Positions 9,420 to 19,827 of a stretch of 64,000 bases of DNA are shown here, in pieces. The DNA is from an uncultured Actinomycetes bacterium. Lineage in GTDB: Bacteria; Actinomycetota; Thermoleophilia; RBG-16-64-13. Below the pieces are notes generated by a model. The model was not told where the DNA came from and did not search any database. It saw only the letters and a program-made list of their open reading frames with translations. The DNA lies in assembly GCA_963841735.1 (NCBI GenBank), contig CAWJDT010000001.1, positions 512,001 to 576,000 of the forward strand. Direction: 5' to 3'. The translations under genes were made by a program, and so were the position numbers. Within the stretch, counting starts at the first letter, position 1. Every line of letters begins with the position of its first letter.

Positions 9420-10745
9420 ATGGCGACCAATCCGAACTTGAATCATCTGCTGACCCGCATACAGAACCGGGAAGCGGTTGTCGGGATAATCGGCCAGGGC
9501 TACGTCGGGCTGCCTTTGGCCTTGGCGTTCGTCGGTTCCGGCTTCACCGTCATCGGCTTCGACCTCGACCCGGCCAAAGTCACCGCGCTCAACAAAGGTG
9601 AGTCACATATCCGGCACGTGGGCTCGGAGCGCGTGGGCGCCGCTGTTGCCACCGGCCGCTACTCGGCCACGGGCGACTTCGCCCAACTCTCGGATTGCGA
9701 CGCCGTGCTCGTGTGCGTGCCCACCCCGCTGGGCAAGCACCGCGAACCCGACATGAGCTACGTGCTCGCCACCGCCGCCGCCATCCGCGACCATCTGCGC
9801 CCGGGGCAGTTGGTGGTGCTGGAGTCGACCACCTATCCCGGCACCACCGACGAAGAGGTGCTGCCCATGCTGGAGGAGTCGGGGCTCAAAACGCCGGCCG
9901 ACTTCTTCCTGGCCTTCTCTCCCGAGCGGGAAGATCCGGGAAACGCTTCCTTCTCGACAGTCACGATCCCCAAACTCGTGGGAGGGGTCAACCCGGAATC
10001 CACCGAGGCCGCCGTCGCCCTCTACTCGGGTCCCATCACCCAGGTGGTACCTGTGTCGTCGTCGCGCATCGCCGAAGCGGCAAAACTGCTGGAGAACATC
10101 TACCGCGCGGTGAACATCGCCCTGGTGAACGAGCTCAAGATGACCTTCGACCGCATGGACATCAACATCTGGGAGGTCATCGAGGCGGCCAAGACCAAGC
10201 CCTTCGGCTTCCAGCCCTTCTACCCCGGGCCCGGGCTGGGCGGGCACTGCATCCCGCTGGACCCGTTCTACCTCACCTGGAAGGCCGCTGAATACGGCAT
10301 GTGGACCCGCTTCATCGAGCTGGCCGGTGAGATCAACACAGGCATGCCCAGCTACGTGGTCTCCCGGCTGGCCGACGCCCTGGCCGCCGAGAAGCGGACG
10401 CTCAACGGCGCCAAGATCCTGGTGCTGGGACTGTCGTACAAGCCCGACATCGACGACGACCGCGAGTCGCCCAGCTACGAGATCATCGAGTTGCTGCAGG
10501 AGCGGGGGGCCGAAGTGGCCTACTGCGACCCGCACATCCCGGTGCCGCACCCCGGCCGCAAGCACGCCCTCACCGACCCTTCGGTGCCCATGACCGCGGA
10601 AGAGTTCGCCAAGTACGACGCGGTGGTGCTGTCCACGGCGCACGCGCAGTTCAAGGACCCGGCGCTGTACGCCCAGGTGCGGCTGCTGTGCGACACCCGC
10701 AACGCCATCGAGCCGCCTGAGGGCTGCCGGTATCTGAGGGCGTAG
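9420..10745 (+). CDS. UDP-N-acetyl-hexosamine 6-dehydrogenase (WbpA/WecC-like nucleotide sugar dehydrogenase)
   Basis: GQGYVGLP, CVPTPL, LESTTYPGTT, SPEREDPGN, AKLLENIYRAVNIA, GPGLGGHCIPLDP, YKPDIDDDRESP. Confidence 0.93.
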   Translation: MATNPNLNHLLTRIQNREAVVGIIGQGYVGLPLALAFVGSGFTVIGFDLDPAKVTALNKGESHIRHVGSERVGAAVATGRYSATGDFAQLSDCDAVLVCVPTPLGKHREPDMSYVLATAAAIRDHLRPGQLVVLESTTYPGTTDEEVLPMLEESGLKTPADFFLAFSPEREDPGNASFSTVTIPKLVGGVNPESTEAAVALYSGPITQVVPVSSSRIAEAAKLLENIYRAVNIALVNELKMTFDRMDINIWEVIEAAKTKPFGFQPFYPGPGLGGHCIPLDPFYLTWKAAEYGMWTRFIELAGEINTGMPSYVVSRLADALAAEKRTLNGAKILVLGLSYKPDIDDDRESPSYEIIELLQERGAEVAYCDPHIPVPHPGRKHALTDPSVPMTAEEFAKYDAVVLSTAHAQFKDPALYAQVRLLCDTRNAIEPPEGCRYLRA

Positions 10746-10899
10746 GGGGCGAGGGCCCAGCCTATTGGCGCAAGGACTTCTGGCTCAAACCTCGAAACTC
10801 GGGTAGACGATGATTGGCAGGGGATCTGTCCACCTGTCGGACATGCCGAAGACCCAGAGTGGTGTCTACCCGACCCAACGATAGCGGGGTGGTTTCTCT

Positions 10900-11244
10900 T
10901 TGATTGTGGCACTCGCCGTCGCGAATTCCCTGCTTATGGTTGCCGGGCAGACTCTCTGGAAGTTGGGAGCCCGCGGCAAAGAAGTACACAGCCTAGAGCA
11001 ACTTCTCCGTCTCTTCCTGAGCCCGTATATCATCGGAGGGCTCGTCGTGTATGTGTGCGCCTCGGCACTGTGGATCTACGTTCTCAACAAAGCCGATCTC
11101 AGCTACATCTATCCCGTCCAGAGCCTGGCTTTCGTCTTTGTCCTCATCATCGGTACCACCGTTTTCAAGGAGCAGTTCACGGCTTGGAAGTTGATCGGCG
11201 TACTCGTGATCTGCCTCGGTGTCTTCATCCTCACGCGCCGGTAG
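10900..11244 (+). CDS. Small 4-TM EamA/SMR protein, ArnE/ArnF-like
   Basis: 114 aa, four hydrophobic helices, GQTLWK, LS..YP.QSL.FV and FKEQ motifs typical of the single-domain EamA group. Confidence 0.8.
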   Translation: MIVALAVANSLLMVAGQTLWKLGARGKEVHSLEQLLRLFLSPYIIGGLVVYVCASALWIYVLNKADLSYIYPVQSLAFVFVLIIGTTVFKEQFTAWKLIGVLVICLGVFILTRR

Positions 11245-11252
11245 CCGAAACC

Positions 11253-12332
11253 GTGTGGAAGTCCGTGACATACCGGCCGGAGGACCTGTCGGAGACTGTC
11301 GAGATGACCCAGGAGTACTACGGCGAGTCTTGGGTCTCAGATCTTGAGTTCTTACGCTGGCAGTACGAGGCCAATCCCGCCGGTCCAGCGATAGCCCATC
11401 TCGCGCGTGACACGGACAACGGGCGGCTCGCCGGTCAGTACGTCGTCATCCCCATGAGACTCCAAGCCGTCGGTGACAGTGTGCGCGGCCTACTGTCGCT
11501 GAATACGCTCACCAGAGAAGCCTATTGGGGCCAGGGCGTATTCACTGGGCTTGCTCGGGCAGTCTTGCAGGATTGCCAAGATCAGGGATTCGGCCTGTGC
11601 TATGGCTTCCCGAACCCAAAGTCATACCACGGCCTAGTGCGCACACTTGGGTTCACTGACCTCGGGCGCGTGCCGTTGCTCCTTCGGCCACTCAACGTGC
11701 GCTCTCTCGTGCGAAGCCGTTTCGGTGCATTCGCCGGGTTGATTGCTTCGCCCGCAGGGATTTTCTACCGGCTTCGAGAGCGCTCGAACAGTGCTTGGGA
11801 GGTGCGACCGCTCGTCGTGTCAGACCTCGGCGATGTCGAAACCTTCTGGAGCCGCGTACGAGGAAAGTACCCGATCATGGGTGTCCGCGACGAGAAGTAC
11901 TTTCGCTGGCGCTACTTCGACGTTCCGCTACGCGAGTACCTCGTCTACGGCATCTACAGCAAGGGCGGAGCGGACCTCCTCGGCTACGTGGTCGGCCGGT
12001 ACACGGAAGTGGAAGGCCTCAGAGCGGGCATGGTCGTCGACATGCTCGTCATTGAGGGGCTTCCCCGGTCTGCAGGCAAACTTCTCCTCACAGTTCTTCT
12101 TAGCGATCTCGCCGCCCGTGGCGCCAGCACAGCCGGATCGCTGATGCTGTCGCACACTGAGGAGTCCCGGATCCTCAGGGCGAACGGCTTTCTAAGGTGC
12201 CCCCGAGCCCTGGAACCGCAACCTTTCCCCTTCTGCTATCTCAGACTGACCACCGACGAGAAGGGTGGGCCAGATCCCCTGGCCAACCTAGAACAGTGGT
12301 TCCTGACTATGGGCGACTATGACGTCATCTAG
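11253..12332 (+). CDS. Tandem GNAT-fold (FemAB-like) acyltransferase
   Basis: LRWQYEANPAG, YWGQGVFTGL (acyl-CoA motif), YGFPNPKS, RDEKYFRWRY. Start set at GTG 11253, after the EamA stop. Confidence 0.75.
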   Translation: MWKSVTYRPEDLSETVEMTQEYYGESWVSDLEFLRWQYEANPAGPAIAHLARDTDNGRLAGQYVVIPMRLQAVGDSVRGLLSLNTLTREAYWGQGVFTGLARAVLQDCQDQGFGLCYGFPNPKSYHGLVRTLGFTDLGRVPLLLRPLNVRSLVRSRFGAFAGLIASPAGIFYRLRERSNSAWEVRPLVVSDLGDVETFWSRVRGKYPIMGVRDEKYFRWRYFDVPLREYLVYGIYSKGGADLLGYVVGRYTEVEGLRAGMVVDMLVIEGLPRSAGKLLLTVLLSDLAARGASTAGSLMLSHTEESRILRANGFLRCPRALEPQPFPFCYLRLTTDEKGGPDPLANLEQWFLTMGDYDVI

Positions 12333-12351
12333 CCCGCCCCAGAGCGGCACC

Positions 12352-13176
12352 ATGAAGAACATCCTTACGGTGGACCTAGAGGAATGGTTCCATGCCAACT
12401 ACCACACGGGTGTCTTCAGTGACCGGGGAACCTACGAAACACGCGTGGTTGAGAACACGCGGCGTTTGCTTGAGATGTTCGCCGAGCACCATGCCAGAGC
12501 AACCTTCTTCGTACTTGGCAGCGTAGCAGAAGCCCACCCTGCACTCATCCGCAAGATCGCCGAGGCGGGCCACGAAATCGCTACTCACGGCTATGGGCAC
12601 CTACTCGTCTACGAGCAGACTCCTGAGGAGTTCAGACAGGATGTCACGCGGGCACGCACCCTTCTGGAACAGATGGTTGGTCGGCATGTCAAAGGGTACA
12701 GAGCCCCCTCGTGGTCGATCACCGACAAGAGCATGTGGGCACTGGAGTTGCTTGAAGAGCTCGGCTTTGCCTATGACGCCAGTGTGTTCCCGGTTCGGAC
12801 CTACCTGTACGGCATGCCGTCGGCACCACGTTTCCCCTATCGACCCGTGGTCGGCGGGCGCACGCTCGAGATCCTCGAGGTACCCACCTCGACTGCCCGA
12901 ATTCTGGGCCGCAATTTCCCCTTCTCCGGCGGATTCTATTTCAGAGCCTTGCCCTTCTCGCTGTTCGCGCACGGCATAAGATCGGTGAACCGCGAGGGAC
13001 ACCCGGCGATTGTCTATATCCATCCCCGAGAGATCGATCCTTGCCAACCTCGGCTGCGCCTCTCGCTCAAAGAGCGTCTCATCCACTACTACGGGGTGAA
13101 GGACTGCGAGGCCAAACTCGTTCGCGGTCTAGGCAGCTTCGAGTTCACTTCCGTCGAAGAAAGCCTGGGTGTCTGA
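12352..13176 (+). CDS. Polysaccharide deacetylase (CE4; DUF3473/PEP-CTERM-locus type)
   Basis: NILTVDLEEWFH, ATFFVLG, GHEIATHGYGH, GYRAPSWS, YDAS, SGGFYFR, YIHPREIDP. Confidence 0.9.
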   Translation: MKNILTVDLEEWFHANYHTGVFSDRGTYETRVVENTRRLLEMFAEHHARATFFVLGSVAEAHPALIRKIAEAGHEIATHGYGHLLVYEQTPEEFRQDVTRARTLLEQMVGRHVKGYRAPSWSITDKSMWALELLEELGFAYDASVFPVRTYLYGMPSAPRFPYRPVVGGRTLEILEVPTSTARILGRNFPFSGGFYFRALPFSLFAHGIRSVNREGHPAIVYIHPREIDPCQPRLRLSLKERLIHYYGVKDCEAKLVRGLGSFEFTSVEESLGV

Positions 13177-13180
13177 TCGC

Positions 13181-13214
13181 GCGGTGGCGGGGCGCTCACG
13201 CCCCGTCGGACCGC
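13181..13214 (+). terminator. GC-rich hairpin after the deacetylase (possible terminator, no U-tract)
   Basis: GCGGT-GGCGGGGCG-ctca-CGCCCCGTC-gg-ACCGC starting 5 nt after the stop. Confidence 0.4.
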
Positions 13215-13277
13215 TGCAGCAAGCCCTTTGCCGCTCTCAGAAGCAGGTGTTAGTTTCGTGCACCGAATCGACCTCTA

Positions 13278-14593
13278 GTGACGGGTGAGATAGACATGCG
13301 ACGGATTTCAAGACTCGTGCAGCGCCGGGATCTTCCAGCCCTCCTCCTTCTCGCGGCCATTCTCGTCTTTCGAATCGCCTGGGTGTTGCTCGCCGAGCCC
13401 CCTGCCGTAGAGAAGGATGCCGCCTTCTACAGCGCCGCCGCTCACTGGTTCATGAACTCCGGCACATTCGCGATAAGCGACGCCCTGCAGCCGAGCGCCT
13501 GGGGGATGCCCGGGTATACCTTCTTCGTCAGCATCGTGTACTGGGTGTTCGGTTCTGGTCCTGGAGGTCTGGTGGCTGTGCGTGTCGTGCAGGCGCTGCT
13601 GAGTGTGCTTACCCTCTTTGTGCTCTATCGGATAGCCCTTCGCCTCCAAGGACGGAAGCTGGGTATCGCCGTTGTCATCCTCGCCGGCCTGTACCCACCA
13701 TTCACCCTCGCCAACCAGTACATACTCACCGAGGTCCTCTACACCTTCCTCCTCTCGCTCGTCGTCCTCTGCGGCGTCCGTATCCTGGACAAAGCCTCCT
13801 GGGCCAACGCCTGCGCCTTCGGGGTAGTGCTTGCCGCCGCTGCCTATGTCCGGCCTGCCGGCGTCTTGTGGGGCGTGGTCCCGTTCCTGCTGCTCTTGAG
13901 GCGAGTGCCTTTCCGGAGGTTGGCAGTACTAAGCGCCGTCGCCCTCGTCGTATTCTGCGTGTGCATGAGCCCCTGGTGGATAAGAAATGCACAGGTGTAC
14001 GACCGTTTTGTGCCCTTCAGCACCAGCAGCGCCGACCCATTGTTGCGAGGCACATACAGCATGTTCTACGTGGGTGACGAAGCCAACGGAATACCCGAAG
14101 GCACCCTGATCTGGACCAGCGCCGAGATGCAGGACATATCGGTCAAGGACGAGCTACGGGCCGGTTCACACTACAAGGAACTGGCCCTCTCCAGGCTGAA
14201 GGACCAAATCCTGCACCATCCTGCCCAGTTGCTGCTCGGTAGGCTCCGCGCCACCTTCGGGTCCTTCAGATCACCCTACCTGATACCGCAGTTCCCGAAG
14301 CTGGCCAAGGAAGCGATCAAATACGCCCAGCTCCTGTTCCTACTGGTCCCCGCCGTGGTGGCCATCTGGATAAAGAGAAGGGACAAGCGGGTGCTTCTGC
14401 TGGGATCGTTGCCCGTGCTCGTCGGGCTGACCTACGCGGCGATACTCATCGACTCGCGGTACGTCTCCCCTTGATGCCCGTGATCTTCGTTCTCGCGGCG
14501 CATGGGATGGCTGCACTCTTCGATTGGGGATCACGGAGGCTCTCTGCGCGCCCTGCGGCAAAACGGCCCGTGCTCGGGCCCAACCCAAGTTGA
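13278..14593 (+). CDS. GT-C fold ArnT/PMT-like polyprenol-phosphate-sugar transferase (GT39/83-like); one frameshift near 14468
   Basis: Multi-TM; DAAFY, PGYTFF, LTEVLY, YVRP, PWWIRN. The C-terminus continues in a shifted frame (SRYV|PLMPVIFVLAAHG) to TGA 14593. Confidence 0.8.
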
Positions 14594-14608
14594 CGTGTGG
14601 TCGACGTA

Positions 14609-15749
14609 CTAGAGACGACAACTGGCGGCCCTAGCGTCAGGGATGTACTCTGAGGGAGGCCGACCAGGCGGCCTACCACCCGCGGTCGGCTTCGCTCTCT
14701 TTCGCAGGCAGGGCGAGCGGTCGCCCAGTCGTGTCTGAGGATGTTGCTGGTATCGGCACCCGGAGAGCCCGATATCTCGAGCAGAAGGGCCTGGAGCAGC
14801 AACTGTATGCCCACTATGAGAGCGACTGCCGCAATCATCACGGTGCCGGTGGGAGTAGCGGTACCATGTTGAGCCGAGAGGAACCAGTGGACCGCACCGA
14901 AGACGATCCCGAACAAGAAGAACAGGGTCCCGAACGAGAACAGCGCCGCAACGGCACCGAAATCCACCAGGAAGTACTTCCTGGTGAACCTTCTCCACCA
15001 ACCCGCGATCAGCCGCGGGGGAAATCCGAAGAAAGACTCGTCGATAGCGAATGCCCGAAGTCTCCTCGCCGTATATGGTCGTGACAGGCATGTCCACCAC
15101 TCGGGCATTGTAGACGTTGAGCCACAGCAGCATGCTGTTCTCGAAGAAGTAGTCCTTGGCCAGCGGTCGAGGGGCAAGCAGGCGCAGGTAGGATGACCGA
15201 ACGGCAGTGAAACCGCACTGGGAGTCAAACACGTGCCAGTAACCGGTGGAGACCTTCGTCATGAACGAGAGCGCGACGCTCCCCAGTCTGCGGACTCTCG
15301 GCATCGAGCGGTTTGAACCCGCCACATAGAAGCGACTCCCTTTGACGTAGTCGGCGACGCCGAACAGCAGCGGCGCCAACAGCCTCTCTATCTCAGCTGC
15401 GTTCATCTGCCCGTCGGCGTCCATCTTCACAACGAAGTCGCATCCGTCGACGAGCGCCCGACGATAGCCGGTGACCACTGCGCCTCCCACACCCAAGTTC
15501 GTCTCGTGCCGTATGTAGGTCACACGAGGATCATAAATCTCAATCGCGATCCGAGGGAGTCTCGTCGTGACTGCAGTCGTCGACAAGGTAGACGTGATCG
15601 ACCGAGGGGGGCAGCGAACTGATGACTGTCGGGAGAAAAGCAGCTTCGTTGTACGCCGGCAGCACCACTCCGATCTTCTGAGGGCCTTGGGCGACCCGGG
15701 AAGGCCGGCGAAGGATCCTGGCGTCGCTGTCAGTAGCCGAAAGCACCAT
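14609..15749 (-). CDS. Polyprenol-phosphate glycosyltransferase (GT2, DPM1/ArnC-like) with two C-terminal TM helices; frameshifts near 15553 and 15050
   Basis: Three consecutive frames give IGVVLPAYNEA..VDDCSHD | RHETNLGVGGA..KMDADGQM..KGSRF..DSQCGF..YFFE | FGAVAALFSFGTLF..GIQLLLQA. The 3' end is uncertain. Confidence 0.8.
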
Positions 15750-15826
15750 GGCTGCGTCTCCCAACTCCGTTTGCGCGACCACAGTAGCATCTCCGCGGAC
15801 GGGGCAAAAGTTCCCCGCCCAGGTTG

Positions 15827-16718
15827 TCAGTCATGGGTATCGACGTCCGTGGCCCAGGCAGCCGGATCCAAGCCGCCGCGACCGCCCTTGCGACAAAGAA
15901 ACAGCATGTCGCCCGGACGAATACCGTAGCGCAACCCGTCCGGGGCGGCATCAAGCTCATTCATGTCAAAGACCTGCACCGACTGACAGCTCTGGGCGAG
16001 ACGATCCATCAGATCTCTCCCATAGTGCCGGTAGTGGCCCTCAGACCGGATGCGACGGAACGACTCGCTCTTCGCGCTTCCCCAATCGCAAGGCACGCAT
16101 ATCAACGCCAGGCCGTCGGCCGAGAGAATGCGGGCCAGCTCACCGATGGCGGCGCCATCGTCCGGGACGTGTTCAAGCACATGACTACATAGCACGAGAT
16201 CGTACCCACCGTCGGTGAACGAGAGCTTCTGGATGTCCTCTTTCGGGAAGTCGCACCCGACGTCATCCAGATCGGTCGTCTGATATCGGAGCCGCTCGAA
16301 CGTCAAGATAACCCTCGTCAAGACCATTTCAGGTGCGAAGTGAAGCACGCGCACAAGATCTTCCCGTTCACCCAACACGCGCCTGATAACAAGGGCCAGG
16401 CCTCGATGCCGGCTCCGGGAGTCGCATGCCGGACAGGCAGAGTTCCAGGTCACATGCCAGTGATCGCCCAGACTGACGAATGCGTGGGCTGTCTCGCCAC
16501 AGCAATTGCAGAGGAATCGAGCGCTCGCACCTGAGCGCGCGTAGTGGTTCCAGAGATTGACGGAGCCACACGCCAAAGCGTTGGCGAGGCCCCGAACGTC
16601 GCCCTTCGTTGAGCGGTCTGGCCACGCTCCTCAGTTCCTGCAGAAGCTCGCCGCGGCACAGTCTGTAGTTGCCCGGGTAGTTGGCAAGCGACGCAGTCTC
16701 GTGATCTTCTTGAGCCAT
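15827..16718 (-). CDS. Class I SAM-dependent methyltransferase with N-terminal Cys cluster; probable frameshift near 16603
   Basis: CNCCG..CPACDSRSRHR, VLHFAPE, DLVLCSHVLEHVPDD, HYRHYG. The ATG at 16718 joins this frame only if one base is removed. Confidence 0.8.
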
Positions 16719-16742
16719 GGGAGCCCCTCGTCGCCGGCTTGA

Positions 16743-17720
16743 CTAGTCTTCGGTATCGATGTCCTCGGCCCACTCCCGGTTGTCCCGGTACCACGCGCAT
16801 AACCGGCGAACGCCCTCAGCGAGCGGCACCTGAGGCTCCCAGCCCAGTAGCTGCTTGGCCTTGCTGATGTCGGCCCAGGTGGCCATGACGTCGGCAGGGT
16901 GCATGGGCAAGTGCTCGATGAGAGCCTTCTTGCCGGTCTCTTGCTCGACCAAGCGGATGAGCTCCAGCATATCGTGCGGGCTGTCGCCGCCCAGGTTGAT
17001 GGTCTCGTGCCCCAGGGGCTTGAGCCCCAGGATAGTGCCCCGGGCGACATCGTCCACGTAGGTGAAGTCGCGGGACTGCTTGCCGTCGCCGTACAACCGT
17101 AAGGGACGCTCTTCATAGATCCACTGGACAAAGCGGAACAGGCTCATGTCCGGCCGACCGGCGGGGCCGTACACGGTGAAATAGCGATAGACGGTCACAT
17201 CCAGACCGTACAGATGATGGTAGGTGAAGCACAACGCCTCCGCACCCTTCTTTGAGGCCGCGTAGGGCGACAGGGGCCGGTCGGTGTTGGCGTCTTCTGA
17301 GAAGGGCACCGGGTTATTGGCTCCGTAGAGACTCGAGGTCGAGGACATCACGAACTTGCCCACGCCGTCCCGGCGGCATAACTCGAGCAGGTTGAGCGTG
17401 CCGGTTACGTTGGCGTCCACGTAGACCCAGGGATTCTCCACGCTCTGACGCACGCCGGCCCGGGCCGCCAGGTTGACCACCGCATCGAACGGCCCGCACT
17501 TCTCCCAGACTCCGGTGATCGACCGCCGGTCGGCGATGTCGGCCAGGTGGAAGTCGAGACCGGGAATCTCAGACAGTTTCTCCAGCCGGTGCTGCTTGAG
17601 CCGAATGTCGTAGGCAGGGCACATGTTGTCGATCCCGCAGACCTGATGCCCTTGTTCGACAAGCAACTCGGCTACGCGGCTGCCGATGAAACCGGCCACT
17701 CCTGTTACTAGAAGCTTCAT
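16743..17720 (-). CDS. NAD-dependent epimerase (UDP-glucuronate 4-epimerase-like)
   Basis: LVTGVAGFIG, LAARAGVR, STSSLYG, SPYAASK, RYFTVYGPAGRPDM. Confidence 0.92.
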   Translation of the reverse strand: MKLLVTGVAGFIGSRVAELLVEQGHQVCGIDNMCPAYDIRLKQHRLEKLSEIPGLDFHLADIADRRSITGVWEKCGPFDAVVNLAARAGVRQSVENPWVYVDANVTGTLNLLELCRRDGVGKFVMSSTSSLYGANNPVPFSEDANTDRPLSPYAASKKGAEALCFTYHHLYGLDVTVYRYFTVYGPAGRPDMSLFRFVQWIYEERPLRLYGDGKQSRDFTYVDDVARGTILGLKPLGHETINLGGDSPHDMLELIRLVEQETGKKALIEHLPMHPADVMATWADISKAKQLLGWEPQVPLAEGVRRLCAWYRDNREWAEDIDTED

Positions 17721-17788
17721 GTCGTTCTCCTATGCGGTCTCGTAATCCTTGGTACAGCACGAACGACGACCACTGCCGGCGTCCGTTA

Positions 17789-18501
17789 TCAGCGGGTAGC
17801 CACGATCCGTTGCCTCTTCTTCTCAGCCGATATGACCGTGGCATTACCATACTTCGCCCTGATCTCTTCCAAGCCTCCCGTACCCTTCCGCACGTCGAGG
17901 ATCAGCCTACCACCGGGCTTGAGCAGCTCGTGGGTGCGGTCAAGGTAGGTGGCAACCGGATAGTGGAATCCCCAGGAGATCAACGAGATGACCAGATCGA
18001 CCTGTTGAGGAAGATCGATGCCCGCGTCATCCCGAGCCTCCAGTGTAGTCAGAGAAGAAGCCGGTACGCTGTTGCCGGTCAGCACCGCTCGTGTCATGTC
18101 GAAGGAGTTGTAGAATCGGCGACATCACGGTAGCCGTAGCCGATCTGGTCGTCAACCTGGGTCCGATCGAGAAGATAGAAGCGAACATCCGGGTCGCGCT
18201 GGTAGTGATCGAAGAGGAGGACATCGATGCCCCCCAGGCCACAACCAACGTCAAGAATCGCCGTGGCACCCTTGGGGAGCCATTCACGAATGTCCGCATA
18301 CTCGCCCCGCATGTCGGCATCGAACCGACGGCCGATCTGCCGCTTTCTGAGGCGCGACTCCAGCGAGACCGCCGTCATGAGCGGCGTTCGCTTGCTGAGT
18401 CGGCAGGCAATCTTGAAAAGCAGTTTCCTTTTGGTCAGGACAAGATAGTCGGTTCTCTGCAGCAGCAGATAAGGTAGGGCAGCACTCGGAACCATTATCA
18501 T
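17789..18501 (-). CDS. Class I SAM-dependent methyltransferase; frameshift near 18115
   Basis: ILDVGCGLGGID motif I; continues in the next frame as FYNSFDMTRAVL..DLVISLISWGFHYP..LKPGGRLI; RBS GGGAGG. Confidence 0.82.
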
Positions 18502-18674
18502 GACTACCCCTCCCGCACGAGAGTCTCCTGGTTTCTTTTGAGCACCGAGGAGAGTCCTCGAGCGGTTCTCATCGTAGCATCTGGAGCACCTGGTCCTATT
18601 GGAGCGGACAACAGATGCGGTATGGTTACTCGCGTAGGAATCCATCGGCGCCGTCAAGAGAGCGACACCCGCAC

Positions 18675-19827
18675 ATGCGCATCTGCATTGTCATGGAGTA
18701 CCACCCTGCCGACCTGACAGGGGGATCTGAGACCCAGGTCTTCGGAATGGCCCGCGAATTCGCGAAGGCCGGTCACGAAGTGTCCTACGTGTGCCAAAGG
18801 TACGATCGCGCCCAGCCTCGTCGACGAGACGGTCGACGGGGTGCGGATCCTGCGTACGCTTCGCTGGCGCAAGGTCTTCCGGTTTCTCGCGGCTGGACAA
18901 GTGTTTCGCACCGTCCGCCGGTTGCGGCCTGAGGTCGTGTACCAACGTTTCGTGTCCCCCCTGACCGGCCTGGTCGCGGCAGCAGCGGGCTCTCTCCACG
19001 TGCCCTTTGTCTGGGGATGCTCGGAAGACAGGTCGATCGAGAGGGGGTTCCTTCTTCGCGGGCCAGGTGGCGGCTCCGGTGGACCGATGCGGGTGGTCAA
19101 AGTGGGACTTCTCCGCCTTAACGCCAAGATCAACCAGCACCTCTTCTACTACGGGTTGCGACATGCCCAAGCGGTAGTGGCTCAGAACCGTCTTCAGCTG
19201 GAAACCCTCCAGGCAGACTACGGGCTCGTCGGCAGGCTGATCCCCAACGGGGTCGTCGTCCCGCCGGCTCAGGGTTCGACGTCACCGAAACCGCTGGTGC
19301 TCTGGTTGAATCGAATCGCTCCCCGCAAGAACGCGGAGGCGTTCATCGACCTAGCGCGGTCCATGCAGGCCGAATACCCGGCAGCCCGCTTCGTGCTGGT
19401 CGGAGGGCGTCAAGAAGACGAGTATATGGAGACTATCCGACAGCACGCGGCCGGCGTAGGCAATCTCGAGTTGACCGGCAACGTGGCCCCGGCTGAGGTT
19501 CAGCGCTGGCTTGAGCAGGCCTGGATCTTCGTGCTCACCTCCACCGCCGAAGGGTTCCCGAACGTCCTTCTTCAGGCCTGGGCGGCGGGCACACCCGTGG
19601 TCAGCCTTGAAATCGACCCCGATGGTCTCATCGCGCGCGAAGACCTGGGCTTTGTCTCCGGGACTTCGGAGGGGCTACGGAGAGACGTCGCCCGTCTTCT
19701 CGACGATGTTGCCCTTCGCGAGCGGCTGGCCGGCGTCTCCCGGACATACGCGGCTGAGCATTTTGAATTCGCGAAGATCGCCGAGCGATACCTTGCCCTC
19801 TTTCAAGAGCTGACAGCCGCTCGATAG
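18675..19827 (+). CDS. Glycosyltransferase family 4; frameshift near 18820
   Basis: MRICIV..GGSETQ..GHEV, then ETVDGVRILR..IPNGV..RK..EGFPNVLLQAWAAGTPVV. Confidence 0.88.

Noticed and set aside
9603-10643. Long antisense and alternative-frame ORFs (346 aa here; many others in the track)
   Set aside because: Shadow ORFs expected at high GC3 opposite well-supported genes; no motifs.
16577-16718. In-frame TGA (16633-16631) upstream of the methyltransferase as a possible selenocysteine codon
   Set aside because: The frame has no suitable start, no SECIS-like hairpin was recognised, and one extra G near 16603 joins ATG 16718 to the gene more simply.
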